Positions 7,177 through 14,905 of a DNA stretch of 36,960 nucleotides are shown in pieces. The stretch is from the NCBI GenBank assembly GCA_964562735.1, contig CAZLUK010000074.1, positions 1 to 36,960 of the forward strand. Reading direction: 5' to 3'. The notes under the pieces were generated by a model. The model searched no databases and was not told the DNA's origin. It worked only from the letters and a program-made list of their open reading frames with translations. Source of the stretch: an uncultured Candidatus Peribacteria bacterium. Its GTDB lineage: Bacteria; Patescibacteriota; Gracilibacteria; Peribacterales; Peribacteraceae. A program made the translations under genes and the position numbers. Within the stretch, counting starts at the first letter, position 1. Each line of letters starts with the position of its first letter.

Positions 7177-8220
7177 TCACGCTCCCGGTAACTCCGCAGT
7201 TCTGTCCTTCGGATCGATCCACGGCAAAGCCAATGCCTTGTAGATTTCCTTTTCTGTTTTTGACGCAATAATCTTCTCGCCCTTAAAGAGCCCGTACTCC
7301 GAAAGTTTCAAACCCCGCTCGATAGCGCGGCGCCGCAGCGAGATGTTGTGCTCTTTGCTTCCCGTGAAATAGAGAAGCGCGCTTCCCCACGCTTCCGGGC
7401 TGATGATGCGGATATCCGTCCGGAGACCGGCCTGCCCACCGGAGTCCGACCTGCCCCTCGAAGTCTTGACGAAGTGGGGAGGACGAAGACGGGATTTCAG
7501 ATCGAACGCGATCCGCGTCTTCCCGGCCGCAACGACACGCTCGACAATCGGGAGCTTGGCGATGGCCTCGGCGATGCGTGATGCCAATACTTCGGAAGGG
7601 TTCTTCGCGGCCAGAAGAACGTCCACGTCGCCGACCGTCTCCTTGCGCCTGCGAAATGACCCCGCGGCTTCGGCCATGGTAACTCCGGGGATCGCGCGGA
7701 GTGTTGTCACGAGTTTTTCAACGTCCTTCTCGATATCCGTCAGCGTAAACCGTTTCACGCGTTCCTGGGACCGCATCGCTCCCTCTAAAATCTTCTTCTC
7801 CAGTTTTTCGGAAAAACGCGGCAGCTTCTGGAGCTTTCCGGCCTTCGCCGCCTCGATGAGCTCCGCGATGGTGCGGATATTCAGTTTCTGTTCGATCTCG
7901 CGGATGCGCTTCGGACCCAGGTCATCGACAGCGAGAAGTCCCGCGGCGCCCATCTGCGTTTCGACCAGAAGCCTATCCAGAAACGAAATGTGCTTCGTCT
8001 GGCGGTACTCCAAAATTTTATCCGCGATGGCGTCCCCGATGCCGGGCAGCTCCTTGAGCGCCTTCTTGTCCTTGAACGTCGAAAGATCTTTGGACATTTC
8101 TTCGATGGTTTGTGCCGCCCGCCGGTACGCGCCCGGTTTGAAGGCGACTCCCTGATAATCCAGAAGATCCGCGATTTTCCGAAGCAAGGCGGGAATGATG
8201 TCATTTTCCATAGGGACCAT
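7177..8220 (-). CDS. polX: Family X DNA polymerase (Pol-beta-like core), without a PHP domain
   Basis: From ORF 7177..8292, trimmed to ATG 8220 (MVPMENDIIP...); the upstream part is repeat-derived. It has the HhH segment LKELPGIGDAIADKI and the nucleotidyltransferase motif GSFRRRKETVGDVDVLL. TDIRII and the C-terminal KALALPWIDPKDR are also present. The product ends at about 347 aa. Confidence 0.85.
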   Translation of the reverse strand: MVPMENDIIPALLRKIADLLDYQGVAFKPGAYRRAAQTIEEMSKDLSTFKDKKALKELPGIGDAIADKILEYRQTKHISFLDRLLVETQMGAAGLLAVDDLGPKRIREIEQKLNIRTIAELIEAAKAGKLQKLPRFSEKLEKKILEGAMRSQERVKRFTLTDIEKDVEKLVTTLRAIPGVTMAEAAGSFRRRKETVGDVDVLLAAKNPSEVLASRIAEAIAKLPIVERVVAAGKTRIAFDLKSRLRPPHFVKTSRGRSDSGGQAGLRTDIRIISPEAWGSALLYFTGSKEHNISLRRRAIERGLKLSEYGLFKGEKIIASKTEKEIYKALALPWIDPKDRTAELPGA

Positions 8221-8244
8221 TCTACTGCTTCGAAACCCGAAGCA

Positions 8245-8341
8245 CGAAATCCGAAATCCGAAGGAAATCGGAAATCCGAATGTTTGAAACATTTGATATT
8301 CGAGTTTTGAATTTCCCTCGGATTTCGAGTTTCGGATTTCG
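8245..8341. repeat. Long imperfect hairpin built from CGAAATCC-type words
   Basis: The left arm cgaaatccgaaatccgaaggaaatcgg... pairs with the right arm ...cctcggatttcgagtttcggatttcg. The centre is the perfect palindrome aatgtttGaaacatt. It lies between the marR stop and the polX start. Confidence 0.6.
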
Positions 8342-8342
8342 C

Positions 8343-8759
8343 CTACCGGTGCCTATCCACGTACTTTTGCAGCAGTTCCGCGAGCGTCTTCTTCTCAGAC
8401 ACCGAAAAAACCCCCATACAATCGGTGGCACAACCGCAAAGAACTCCCTTCAAATCCTCAGCGGCGTGCTTGCCTTTCGGGGTCAATATCAGCTGCGAAA
8501 CACGACGGTCGTTTTTGAGCGATAGACGGGCGACGAATCTTTTTTTCTCGAGCCCGCCGATAATCTGAGTAATGTTGCTCTTGTGGCAACACATTTCTTT
8601 GCTGAGCGCGGACATGGATACCGAGCCACTTAGGAGCTTAAGCATTATCGTAGCTTGGCAGTGGCTGATCTCCATATTTGATAATGCATCGTTGAGCTGG
8701 CGCTCGCAGCACGCTGCGGCAGCTTTCAGGAGGTTGCAAACCGAGAGACAATCGTCCAT
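8343..8759 (-). CDS. MarR-family transcriptional regulator
   Basis: The 138-aa product has a winged-helix region, SALSKEMCCHKSNITQIIGGLEKKRFVARLSLKNDRRVSQLILTPKGK, typical of MarR. Confidence 0.85.
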   Translation of the reverse strand: MDDCLSVCNLLKAAAACCERQLNDALSNMEISHCQATIMLKLLSGSVSMSALSKEMCCHKSNITQIIGGLEKKRFVARLSLKNDRRVSQLILTPKGKHAAEDLKGVLCGCATDCMGVFSVSEKKTLAELLQKYVDRHR

Positions 8760-8815
8760 GCATGAACCAGTCTATAGAACAAACATGTTGGAATCTATGC
8801 GATAGGCAGCTTGTG

Positions 8816-8836
8816 GCTGGTAGCTGGTAGCTGGTA
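8816..8836. repeat. (GCTGGTA)x3 tandem repeat in the purM 5' leader
   Basis: Three perfect 7-nt units, ending 10 nt upstream of the purM ATG. Confidence 0.8.
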
Positions 8837-8846
8837 GTTTGTCGCC

Positions 8847-9887
8847 ATGCGAAAGAAAATCTCCTACTCCGCCGCCGGCATCAATATCGCGGCTGCCGAT
8901 CAAACGAAGCAAGGCATGGCCGAAAGTCTGAAAACATCGAATCCACTCGTACTCAATACGATCGGCGCGTTCGCGTCAGTCTGCGATGGCGTGTTCCCGG
9001 GATACAAACATCCGGTCCTCGTTTGCAAGACCGAAGAACCGGGCAGTAAACAGCTGCTTGCGTTCCAGCATAACCGCGTCAAAGGCATCTGCTTCGATCT
9101 CATCAATCATCTGATCAACGACGTGATAGTCATGGGCGCGGTACCGATGTTCATACAGGACTTGATCGTCTGCGGAAAGTTGGAAAAAAATGTAGTGAGT
9201 AATCTCGTAAAACATATTGCCGAGGCTTGCCGCGATCAGGGCTGTGTGCTCACGGGTGGTGAAACATCGGAGCAACCGGCGGTGATTCCGGCCGGAACGT
9301 ACATACTTGGTGCCAGCTGTATCGGAGTCGCTGAAAAGAATGCGGTCATTGACGGACGCGCTATCAAGATCGGTGACCGGGTACTGGCGCTCGAAAGCAG
9401 TGGACCGCACACCAACGGCTTTACGCTCATCCGCGCACTGATCAAAGCAGATGAATCAATCCTGAAGACGAATATCTACGGTAAATCTTTTCTCGACCGC
9501 ATCATGGAACCGCACCGCTGTTACTTCACAGCACTACGAGGTATTTTTCCGATGCCAGGACTTCATGGCATGGCGCACATCACTGGCGGCGGCATTCCGG
9601 GTAACTTGAACCGCATACTTCCTAAGACGATGAACGCGGTCATTCATGCTGGTTCGATCAAAGTTCTGTCGGTGTTCTCGTTGATCAAAAACCGTTCCGG
9701 AAATGACGATGCAGACATGATCAGGACATTTAACTTGGGAGTCGGTATGACGATTGTCGTTGATCCGACTTTTATAGATGCCGCAATCACACATCTTCAG
9801 AAACACGGAGTCCCCGCCTACGACATCGGTGAAGTTGTCGGTGACGGATCGGGCGTTGTGGAGCTGAGGGGTAAGCTGCGGTGGTAG
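8847..9887 (+). CDS. purM: Phosphoribosylformylglycinamidine cyclo-ligase (AIR synthetase)
   Basis: The 346-aa product resembles PurM: N-terminal SYSAAGINIAAAD, then DLINHLINDVIVMGAVPMF and LTGGETSEQP. Confidence 0.9.
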   Translation: MRKKISYSAAGINIAAADQTKQGMAESLKTSNPLVLNTIGAFASVCDGVFPGYKHPVLVCKTEEPGSKQLLAFQHNRVKGICFDLINHLINDVIVMGAVPMFIQDLIVCGKLEKNVVSNLVKHIAEACRDQGCVLTGGETSEQPAVIPAGTYILGASCIGVAEKNAVIDGRAIKIGDRVLALESSGPHTNGFTLIRALIKADESILKTNIYGKSFLDRIMEPHRCYFTALRGIFPMPGLHGMAHITGGGIPGNLNRILPKTMNAVIHAGSIKVLSVFSLIKNRSGNDDADMIRTFNLGVGMTIVVDPTFIDAAITHLQKHGVPAYDIGEVVGDGSGVVELRGKLRW

Positions 9888-10724
9888 TTAGATCGCAATC
9901 GGCTTAATGCTGACACCGCCTGAAGCCGGCTCAGCGCCGTGAGGTTTCGGGGTGTAAGTGCCTCGTTGCAGATCTGCACGGGGCTGGTTTACCGGTTCTA
10001 AAGGAGCCGCTTCCTGTGTTTCAATCTTCGCAGCACCGTTGTATCCGCCCACCGAATCACGCACGAGTTTTCCGTCCTCCAGCCGCAGCACTCGCACCCC
10101 AAGCGCGTCGACGATGATTTTGTCGTGGGTCGCGAGGAGGACAGTCGTGCCTTCGGCATTCACCTGACGCAGAAAATTAAGAATGTGGATCGATTGCTCA
10201 GGGTCGATATTCCCGGTCGGCTCATCGGCAATGAGGATACTTGGCTTGTGAACAAGTGCTCGGGCGAGTGCGGTGCGCGTATTCTCACCGCCGGAGAGCT
10301 CACTAGGAAACGCATCGGCGCGGTCGGAGAGCTTGAGTTTTTCCAGGATCTCGGCTGTACAGACATCGATGGCTTCATCCGGTTCACCGCAGACCTCCAG
10401 CGCGAAGGCGACGTTCTCCTCCACGGTGCGGTCCGGGAGCAACTTGTAATCTTGGAACACGACGCCGGTACGCCTACGGTAAAGCTGTAAAATCGACTGC
10501 TGCAGTGTGGCAAGATTGGCGCCATCAATCTCGATGACGCCTTTCGTCGGAACGTCGGCGCGGATGAGGAGATGTACGACGGTGGATTTTCCAGCGCCGC
10601 TCGGGCCGGTGAGACATACGAACTCGCCAGGGTTGATCTGAAAGGTGAGATCGGATAGGACTTCGCGTCCTCCGTACTCCTTGGAGACGCCTATGAAGCT
10701 GATCATGGGAATAGTGTAAGTCAT
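9888..10724 (-). CDS. ftsE: FtsE-like ABC ATPase with a low-complexity C-terminal tail
   Basis: Walker A is GPSGAGKST, the signature is LSGGENTR, Walker B is ILIADEPTGNID and the H-loop is ATHD. An extension of about 55 aa rich in P, A and G follows. The ATG overlaps the rlmE stop (ATGA at 10721-10724). Confidence 0.8.
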   Translation of the reverse strand: MTYTIPMISFIGVSKEYGGREVLSDLTFQINPGEFVCLTGPSGAGKSTVVHLLIRADVPTKGVIEIDGANLATLQQSILQLYRRRTGVVFQDYKLLPDRTVEENVAFALEVCGEPDEAIDVCTAEILEKLKLSDRADAFPSELSGGENTRTALARALVHKPSILIADEPTGNIDPEQSIHILNFLRQVNAEGTTVLLATHDKIIVDALGVRVLRLEDGKLVRDSVGGYNGAAKIETQEAAPLEPVNQPRADLQRGTYTPKPHGAEPASGGVSIKPIAI

Positions 10725-11311
10725 AAGTGACAGATGATATACACCTCACTACTCCGATCCCGGCTCGCATCCACCGTGTACGGTTTCGTATCAGGCCAAT
10801 CAAGTCGGACCTCTTTCAAAAATTCATCGAAGTTCTTGCCACGGAATACTTTCATGACGAGCTTCCCACCGGGCCCGAGATGTCGCTTGGCAAACTGCAC
10901 GACCAATCGGTTCAGCTCAATCGATTTCCACTGGTCCACGTCTTTTATCCCGCTCGTGTTCGGTGCGATATCGGAGAGCACGATGTCCGCCTGCGTCATG
11001 CCGGCATCCGCCATCGCCTTCTCTACCGCAGGCGCATCGTTGATATCGCACACCGCGCGTTTCACATTGGGCGCAATTCCTTTGATTTCCTTGATGTCCA
11101 AGCCGAGTGCAAGCCCGGTCGGGCCGATGCGTTTGGAGGTGTACTGCAGCCATGATCCGGGCGCCGCACCGATATCAAGAACCTTCATGCCCTGACGTAG
11201 GAGATGATATTTTTCGTCCAATTCCTGAAGCTTGTACACGGACCGTGCGCGGTAGCCTTCTTCGGCTGCGCGTCTACTCCACTTGTCATTGGGGATATAG
11301 GGCTTCGGCAT
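10721..11311 (-). CDS. rlmE: 23S rRNA 2'-O-ribose methyltransferase RlmE/FtsJ
   Basis: From ORF 10721..11353, trimmed to ATG 11311. It has YRARSVYKLQELDEKYHLLRQGMKVLDIGAAPGSWLQY and DIVLSDIAPNTSG, typical of FtsJ. Confidence 0.9.
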   Translation of the reverse strand: MPKPYIPNDKWSRRAAEEGYRARSVYKLQELDEKYHLLRQGMKVLDIGAAPGSWLQYTSKRIGPTGLALGLDIKEIKGIAPNVKRAVCDINDAPAVEKAMADAGMTQADIVLSDIAPNTSGIKDVDQWKSIELNRLVVQFAKRHLGPGGKLVMKVFRGKNFDEFLKEVRLDWPDTKPYTVDASRDRSSEVYIICHL

Positions 11312-11353
11312 CAGGGAAAGTATAACAGCGTCACAATTCCCTGTCTCGCACAA

Positions 11354-11381
11354 TTGCCAGCGAAAACTCCCCGCCTATACT
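11354..11381 (+). promoter_or_regulatory. Sigma70-like promoter
   Basis: TTGCCA (11354-11359), a 16-nt spacer, then TATACT (11376-11381). Confidence 0.45.
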
Positions 11382-11413
11382 GCAATCCGTACGATTTTTT
11401 TCCTACGAAGACT

Positions 11414-11506
11414 ATGCGCAGTCGCACACTCGGAATGTCACCCTTTCTCGTGGTCTTCGTCGCGTGTCTCGTGGTTGTGATCAGCACGCTTTCTCAGCAG
11501 CTGTGA
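11414..11506 (+). CDS. Candidate 30-aa hydrophobic peptide (MRSRTLGMSPFLVVFVACLVVVISTLSQQL)
   Basis: Runs from ATG 11414 to TGA 11504-11506. This is the only part of track ORF 11204..11506 that lies outside rlmE. It sits 32 nt downstream of the promoter -10 element and has a basic N-terminus plus one TM-like helix. Confidence 0.35.
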   Translation: MRSRTLGMSPFLVVFVACLVVVISTLSQQL

Positions 11507-11557
11507 GCGCCGAGAATGACTGTCATCTGAAAAGCAGCGCCCTCAAAGCTCAAGTCT

Positions 11558-11685
11558 CTAAGGAACCTCTGCGAAACTCCTTTAACCCGCAGCCGCGATT
11601 CGCAAACCGTGGTTCCGGAGCGACTGGCCAGCGGTCTCCGAACCGCTGCTGCGGAATAAGGGGCATTTTTCAGAGGTTCCCTAAG
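11558..11685. repeat. Composite palindromic element A (conserved core 11587-11654)
   Basis: The outer stem is ctaaggaacctctg / cagaggttccctaag. The core ccgcagccgcgattcgcaaaccgtggttc...cagcggtctccgaaccgctgctgcg is paralogous to 12439-12503. Confidence 0.75.
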
Positions 11686-11694
11686 CTCAAAGCT

Positions 11695-12387
11695 TCATAA
11701 AGGCTGCTGCTTCGGCATACCAGTGCGCCGCGGATAATCGTTCGGTGTTGCGGCAGTTTTCTTGAAGAAAACTATCGTGCGCTCACCCCATTTATCCGGC
11801 AAAGCGTACTGGAAGCTTCCAATGTACGGCGCTGAAAGCATCTTCTGAGCGTCCGCCGTCTCGGCCAGTTCACCGGCGATCTTCGTGCTCTTCCAGAACG
11901 CACAGAGTCCACTGACTCTCAGGAATGGAACTGCATATTCGAGAAGCACGGCAAGCGGCGCAACAGCTCTGGCGGTCACGAGATCAAACTGCTCACGATA
12001 CTCAGCATTGTGTGCAAGCGATTCGACTCGGCCGCACAGGAGCGATACATTCGGAATCCCGACGGCAGCGATAATGCGCTCAGCTGCATCAACTTTTTTC
12101 TGTGTTGCGTCGATACCGGTGCACTGCACGTCCGGAAGGCAGCGAGCGAGTGGCGTGAGTGGGAAACCGCCGCCGGTACCGATATCGAGGAGCCTGCCTA
12201 CTTTCTTAAGATCCGGATACGCCTCAAATGCCTGCAAAAAAGCGACCGAATCTAGGATATTGCCCGGCCAGCAGAGTTCGGGTGTGCGGAACGCCGAGAG
12301 GTTCAGATTGCGGTTTTCCTCGAGAAAAACTTCCATGAGCTGCCGGAGTTTTTTCTCATCGATGTGCACCCAGGCATTCTTGTCCAT
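11695..12387 (-). CDS. rsmG: 16S rRNA m7G527 methyltransferase RsmG (GidB)
   Basis: It has the SAM motif LLDIGTGGGFPLTPLA together with VTARAVAPL. The track start at 12411 is a TTG inside the repeat words, so I prefer ATG 12387 (MDKNAWVHI...). Confidence 0.9.
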   Translation of the reverse strand: MDKNAWVHIDEKKLRQLMEVFLEENRNLNLSAFRTPELCWPGNILDSVAFLQAFEAYPDLKKVGRLLDIGTGGGFPLTPLARCLPDVQCTGIDATQKKVDAAERIIAAVGIPNVSLLCGRVESLAHNAEYREQFDLVTARAVAPLAVLLEYAVPFLRVSGLCAFWKSTKIAGELAETADAQKMLSAPYIGSFQYALPDKWGERTIVFFKKTAATPNDYPRRTGMPKQQPL

Positions 12388-12438
12388 CCATCGATATTTC
12401 TCAATTCTCAATTGTCAATTCTGTACAACTTCCCTTCT

Positions 12439-12503
12439 CCGCAGCCGCGATTCGCAAATCGTGGTTCGAGGATCTGCACAGCGGTTTGCTAACCGCTGCT
12501 ACG
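12439..12503. repeat. Palindromic element B (paralog of element A core)
   Basis: Block 1 matches element A at 28/29 nt and block 2 at 21/25 nt (hand count). It is flanked on both sides by CAATTGTCAATTCT words. Confidence 0.75.
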
Positions 12504-12589
12504 TGATACTGGGAATTTTCATAAGTTCCAATTGTCAATTCTTAATTCTCAATTAGGATAGTCCCATACTTCGATTCCCCTCAGTATCA

Positions 12590-13234
12590 GTGTCACCCGG
12601 AGAACGCATCGCGGAGTACCTGCTCACGATCGGCGCGGTAAAGCTATCACTGGCTCCGCCCTTCACCTGGACAACCGGAATCAAAGCCCCGATCTATTGC
12701 GATAACCGGATGGTCTACAGCCACCCCGATGCCCGCGATTTTTTCGTAGCGGCACTCGCCAACCGCGTGAAGAATTTGCACGTCCCCGCTGACGTCATCG
12801 CCGGCATCGCTACCGCCGCCATCGGCTGGGGGGCATTGGTAGCTGATCGCCTGAAGCTGCCGTTCGTATATGTTCGCGCGAAGCCCAAGGAACACGGCAC
12901 CCAAAAACGCATCGAAGGCGATCTCAGACCCGGCCAACACATCGTGGTGATCGAAGACTTGATATCTACTGGCTCGAGCTTCGCAGCAACGGTGGAAGCC
13001 CTCCGGGGCGAAGGACAGGGCTTTGTCACCGACATAGTCTCGATCTTCAGTTACGAACTCGTCTCCGGTATCGAAAAGGCCCGCGAGCTGAAAGTGCGTC
13101 TTCATCCGCTCGCGACGATCTCGATGCTTTTAAAGGTAGCACTCGTTCAGGACCGTATTACGGAAGAACAGGCTGAGCAGATCGGACAGTTCTCGCAGGA
13201 TCCGGAGGGTTGGGCGAAGAAGAATGGGCTCTAA
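12590..13234 (+). CDS. pyrE: Orotate phosphoribosyltransferase
   Basis: GTG start. The 214-aa product has the PRPP-binding motif HIVVIEDLISTGSS and the N-terminal KAPIYCDNR. Confidence 0.9.
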   Translation: MSPGERIAEYLLTIGAVKLSLAPPFTWTTGIKAPIYCDNRMVYSHPDARDFFVAALANRVKNLHVPADVIAGIATAAIGWGALVADRLKLPFVYVRAKPKEHGTQKRIEGDLRPGQHIVVIEDLISTGSSFAATVEALRGEGQGFVTDIVSIFSYELVSGIEKARELKVRLHPLATISMLLKVALVQDRITEEQAEQIGQFSQDPEGWAKKNGL

Positions 13235-13239
13235 AAAAA

Positions 13240-13277
13240 GGGCCAGGATTCCGAGCTTGCGCATGGAATCCCGACCC
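13240..13277 (-). terminator. Intrinsic terminator (minus orientation), shared by convergent pyrE and pheS
   Basis: Stem GGGCCAGGATTCC / GGAATCCCGACCC pairs at 11 of 13 positions. On the minus strand a U7 run follows it (A7 at 13233-13239 on plus). Confidence 0.5.
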
Positions 13278-13424
13278 GGGAACTATCTGCCGGTTGATGT
13301 ATCGAGCAAGTAGCGCGTTGAAGACGGCGGGGTGTCATATCACGCATATGGTCCTCTCCTGCATGGACGCAAGTGGAAAAGAGCGTGACACTCACGCATG
13401 GCAGAAGAATGAGCAAATATCGAC

Positions 13425-14432
13425 CTAGAATTGCTTTAAGAATCTCATGTCGCCACTGAAGAAGAGTCTGAGATCAGGTATCTGATGGCGGATCATGATC
13501 ATGCGCTCAACTCCGAATCCGAAAGCAAAACCTTGATATTCCTGCGGATCGATACCGACATTCGTGAGGACACTGTGGTGCACCATGCCGCAGCCGACAA
13601 TCTCGAGCCAACGGCCTTCGCGGCTCTTTGATTCATCCCCCCGCCAACGCATGTCCATCTCCAGACCGGGTTCCACGAATGGGAAATAGCCGGTCCGCCA
13701 ACGGAATTCGGCATCAGGAGAAATGAGTTCGCGCACGGTCTGCTCCATGACGGCTTTCATATTGGCAAGCGAAACCGTCTTGCCGATCATCAGGCCTTCG
13801 ATCTGGTGAAACATCGGTGAGTGCGTGGCATCGGAATCTTTGCGGTAGACTTTCCCCGTACAGATCATCCGAAACGGCGGCTTGTGTGTTTCCATATATC
13901 TAATTTGCACAGGCGACGTGTGCGTCCGGAGCACCGTACGATCGAGCGAGGAAACCCAGAACGTGTCCTGGGCATCGCGTGCCGGATGCGTCTCAGGGAT
14001 ATTCAGCATATTGAAGTTGTAATGCTCGGTCTCCAGCTCCGGTCCGCGAGCGGTATCAAAGCCCATGCGTCCGAAAACTTCTTCGGCCTTGCGGATGAAT
14101 TCGTGAACCGGATGCAAGTGGCCGCTCTCTTCAGGCGGAAGATTGAGTGTGAGGTCCAGACCATCACTGTTTGCAAGTGTAGACAATGACACGGCGGCAA
14201 ATGCAGTTTTTCGGGAGACGAATGCAGCATCAATCTCGGTCTTGATACGGTTCAGCTCCAGACCACGCGTTTTCCTCTGCTCCGGAGACTGTGCGCCGAG
14301 GTCTTTCATTGCAATAGTCAGCAGCCCGGCTTTACGGCCGAAGAGTTCGTGGCGTATGGCTTCCAGATCCTCGTAGCTCCTAGCCGCATCAATCTTCGGA
14401 AGGTAGCCGTTCCATGGAAGGGGTAAAGACAT
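13425..14432 (-). CDS. pheS: Phenylalanine--tRNA ligase alpha subunit
   Basis: The 335-aa product has class II aaRS motifs: HPARDAQDTFW, FRMICTGKVYRKD and GFAFGFGVERMIMIRH. Confidence 0.95.
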   Translation of the reverse strand: MSLPLPWNGYLPKIDAARSYEDLEAIRHELFGRKAGLLTIAMKDLGAQSPEQRKTRGLELNRIKTEIDAAFVSRKTAFAAVSLSTLANSDGLDLTLNLPPEESGHLHPVHEFIRKAEEVFGRMGFDTARGPELETEHYNFNMLNIPETHPARDAQDTFWVSSLDRTVLRTHTSPVQIRYMETHKPPFRMICTGKVYRKDSDATHSPMFHQIEGLMIGKTVSLANMKAVMEQTVRELISPDAEFRWRTGYFPFVEPGLEMDMRWRGDESKSREGRWLEIVGCGMVHHSVLTNVGIDPQEYQGFAFGFGVERMIMIRHQIPDLRLFFSGDMRFLKQF

Positions 14433-14464
14433 CGACCACAGTGTAGGGAATGGAGGAACGGACG

Positions 14465-14519
14465 GAAAGGACGGAAAAGAAACAAAGGATGTGCAGAATA
14501 CGATTCTTTTCGTCCTTTC
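14465..14519. repeat. Hairpin built from GGAAAGGACGGAAAAG words
   Basis: gaaaggacggaaaagaa (14465-14481) pairs with ttcttttcgtcctttc (14504-14519): 16 bp with one bulge. It lies between the membrane-protein stop and the pheS start. Confidence 0.6.
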
Positions 14520-14542
14520 AATCCTTTCACTCTTTTATTTCC

Positions 14543-14905
14543 TTATGACAGCAGTGCCATTTCGATCAGAAAGAAGATGATGTAAATAAGCAGACCGATC
14601 CACCACGTGAGAATCCCGAGCAGGAGAAACAAAAGCAACAGGATCGTAGCGGCACTAAGCAGCAAGCCTTCTCTGAGCGATACGGACAGCCTGCGTCCGG
14701 AATCCATGCCTTCCATGGAGATCCGGCTCCAGAGCGCGTAACAGACGAGTGTGCCGAAGCTCGCGACCGCCAAGAATATCGTAAGAAAGAAGAACGGCAC
14801 CGCTATGGCAGGCGCGCTAAGCGGGCTCACCCGAAACAGGATGACGACGAGCGACGTCAGCGACAGAATTGCTGCGACGGCGATGCGGACGAGGATGGAT
14901 ATCAT
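14543..14905 (-). CDS. Small integral membrane protein (hypothetical)
   Basis: The 120-aa product consists of several hydrophobic segments. Its start overlaps the UDG stop by 4 nt. Confidence 0.55.
   Translation of the reverse strand: MISILVRIAVAAILSLTSLVVILFRVSPLSAPAIAVPFFFLTIFLAVASFGTLVCYALWSRISMEGMDSGRRLSVSLREGLLLSAATILLLLFLLLGILTWWIGLLIYIIFFLIEMALLS

Noticed and set aside
11558-12503. A CRISPR array or integron attC sites, based on the two palindromic repeats around rsmG.
   Set aside because: There are only two copies, separated by a full housekeeping gene. No cas or intI genes are present. The R''/R' core sites (RYYYAAC / GTTRRRY) are not present.
13278-13424. A possible independent sRNA between the pheS stop and the minus-strand terminator at 13240-13277.
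   Set aside because: I found no convincing promoter. It is most simply the pheS 3' UTR ending at the shared terminator.
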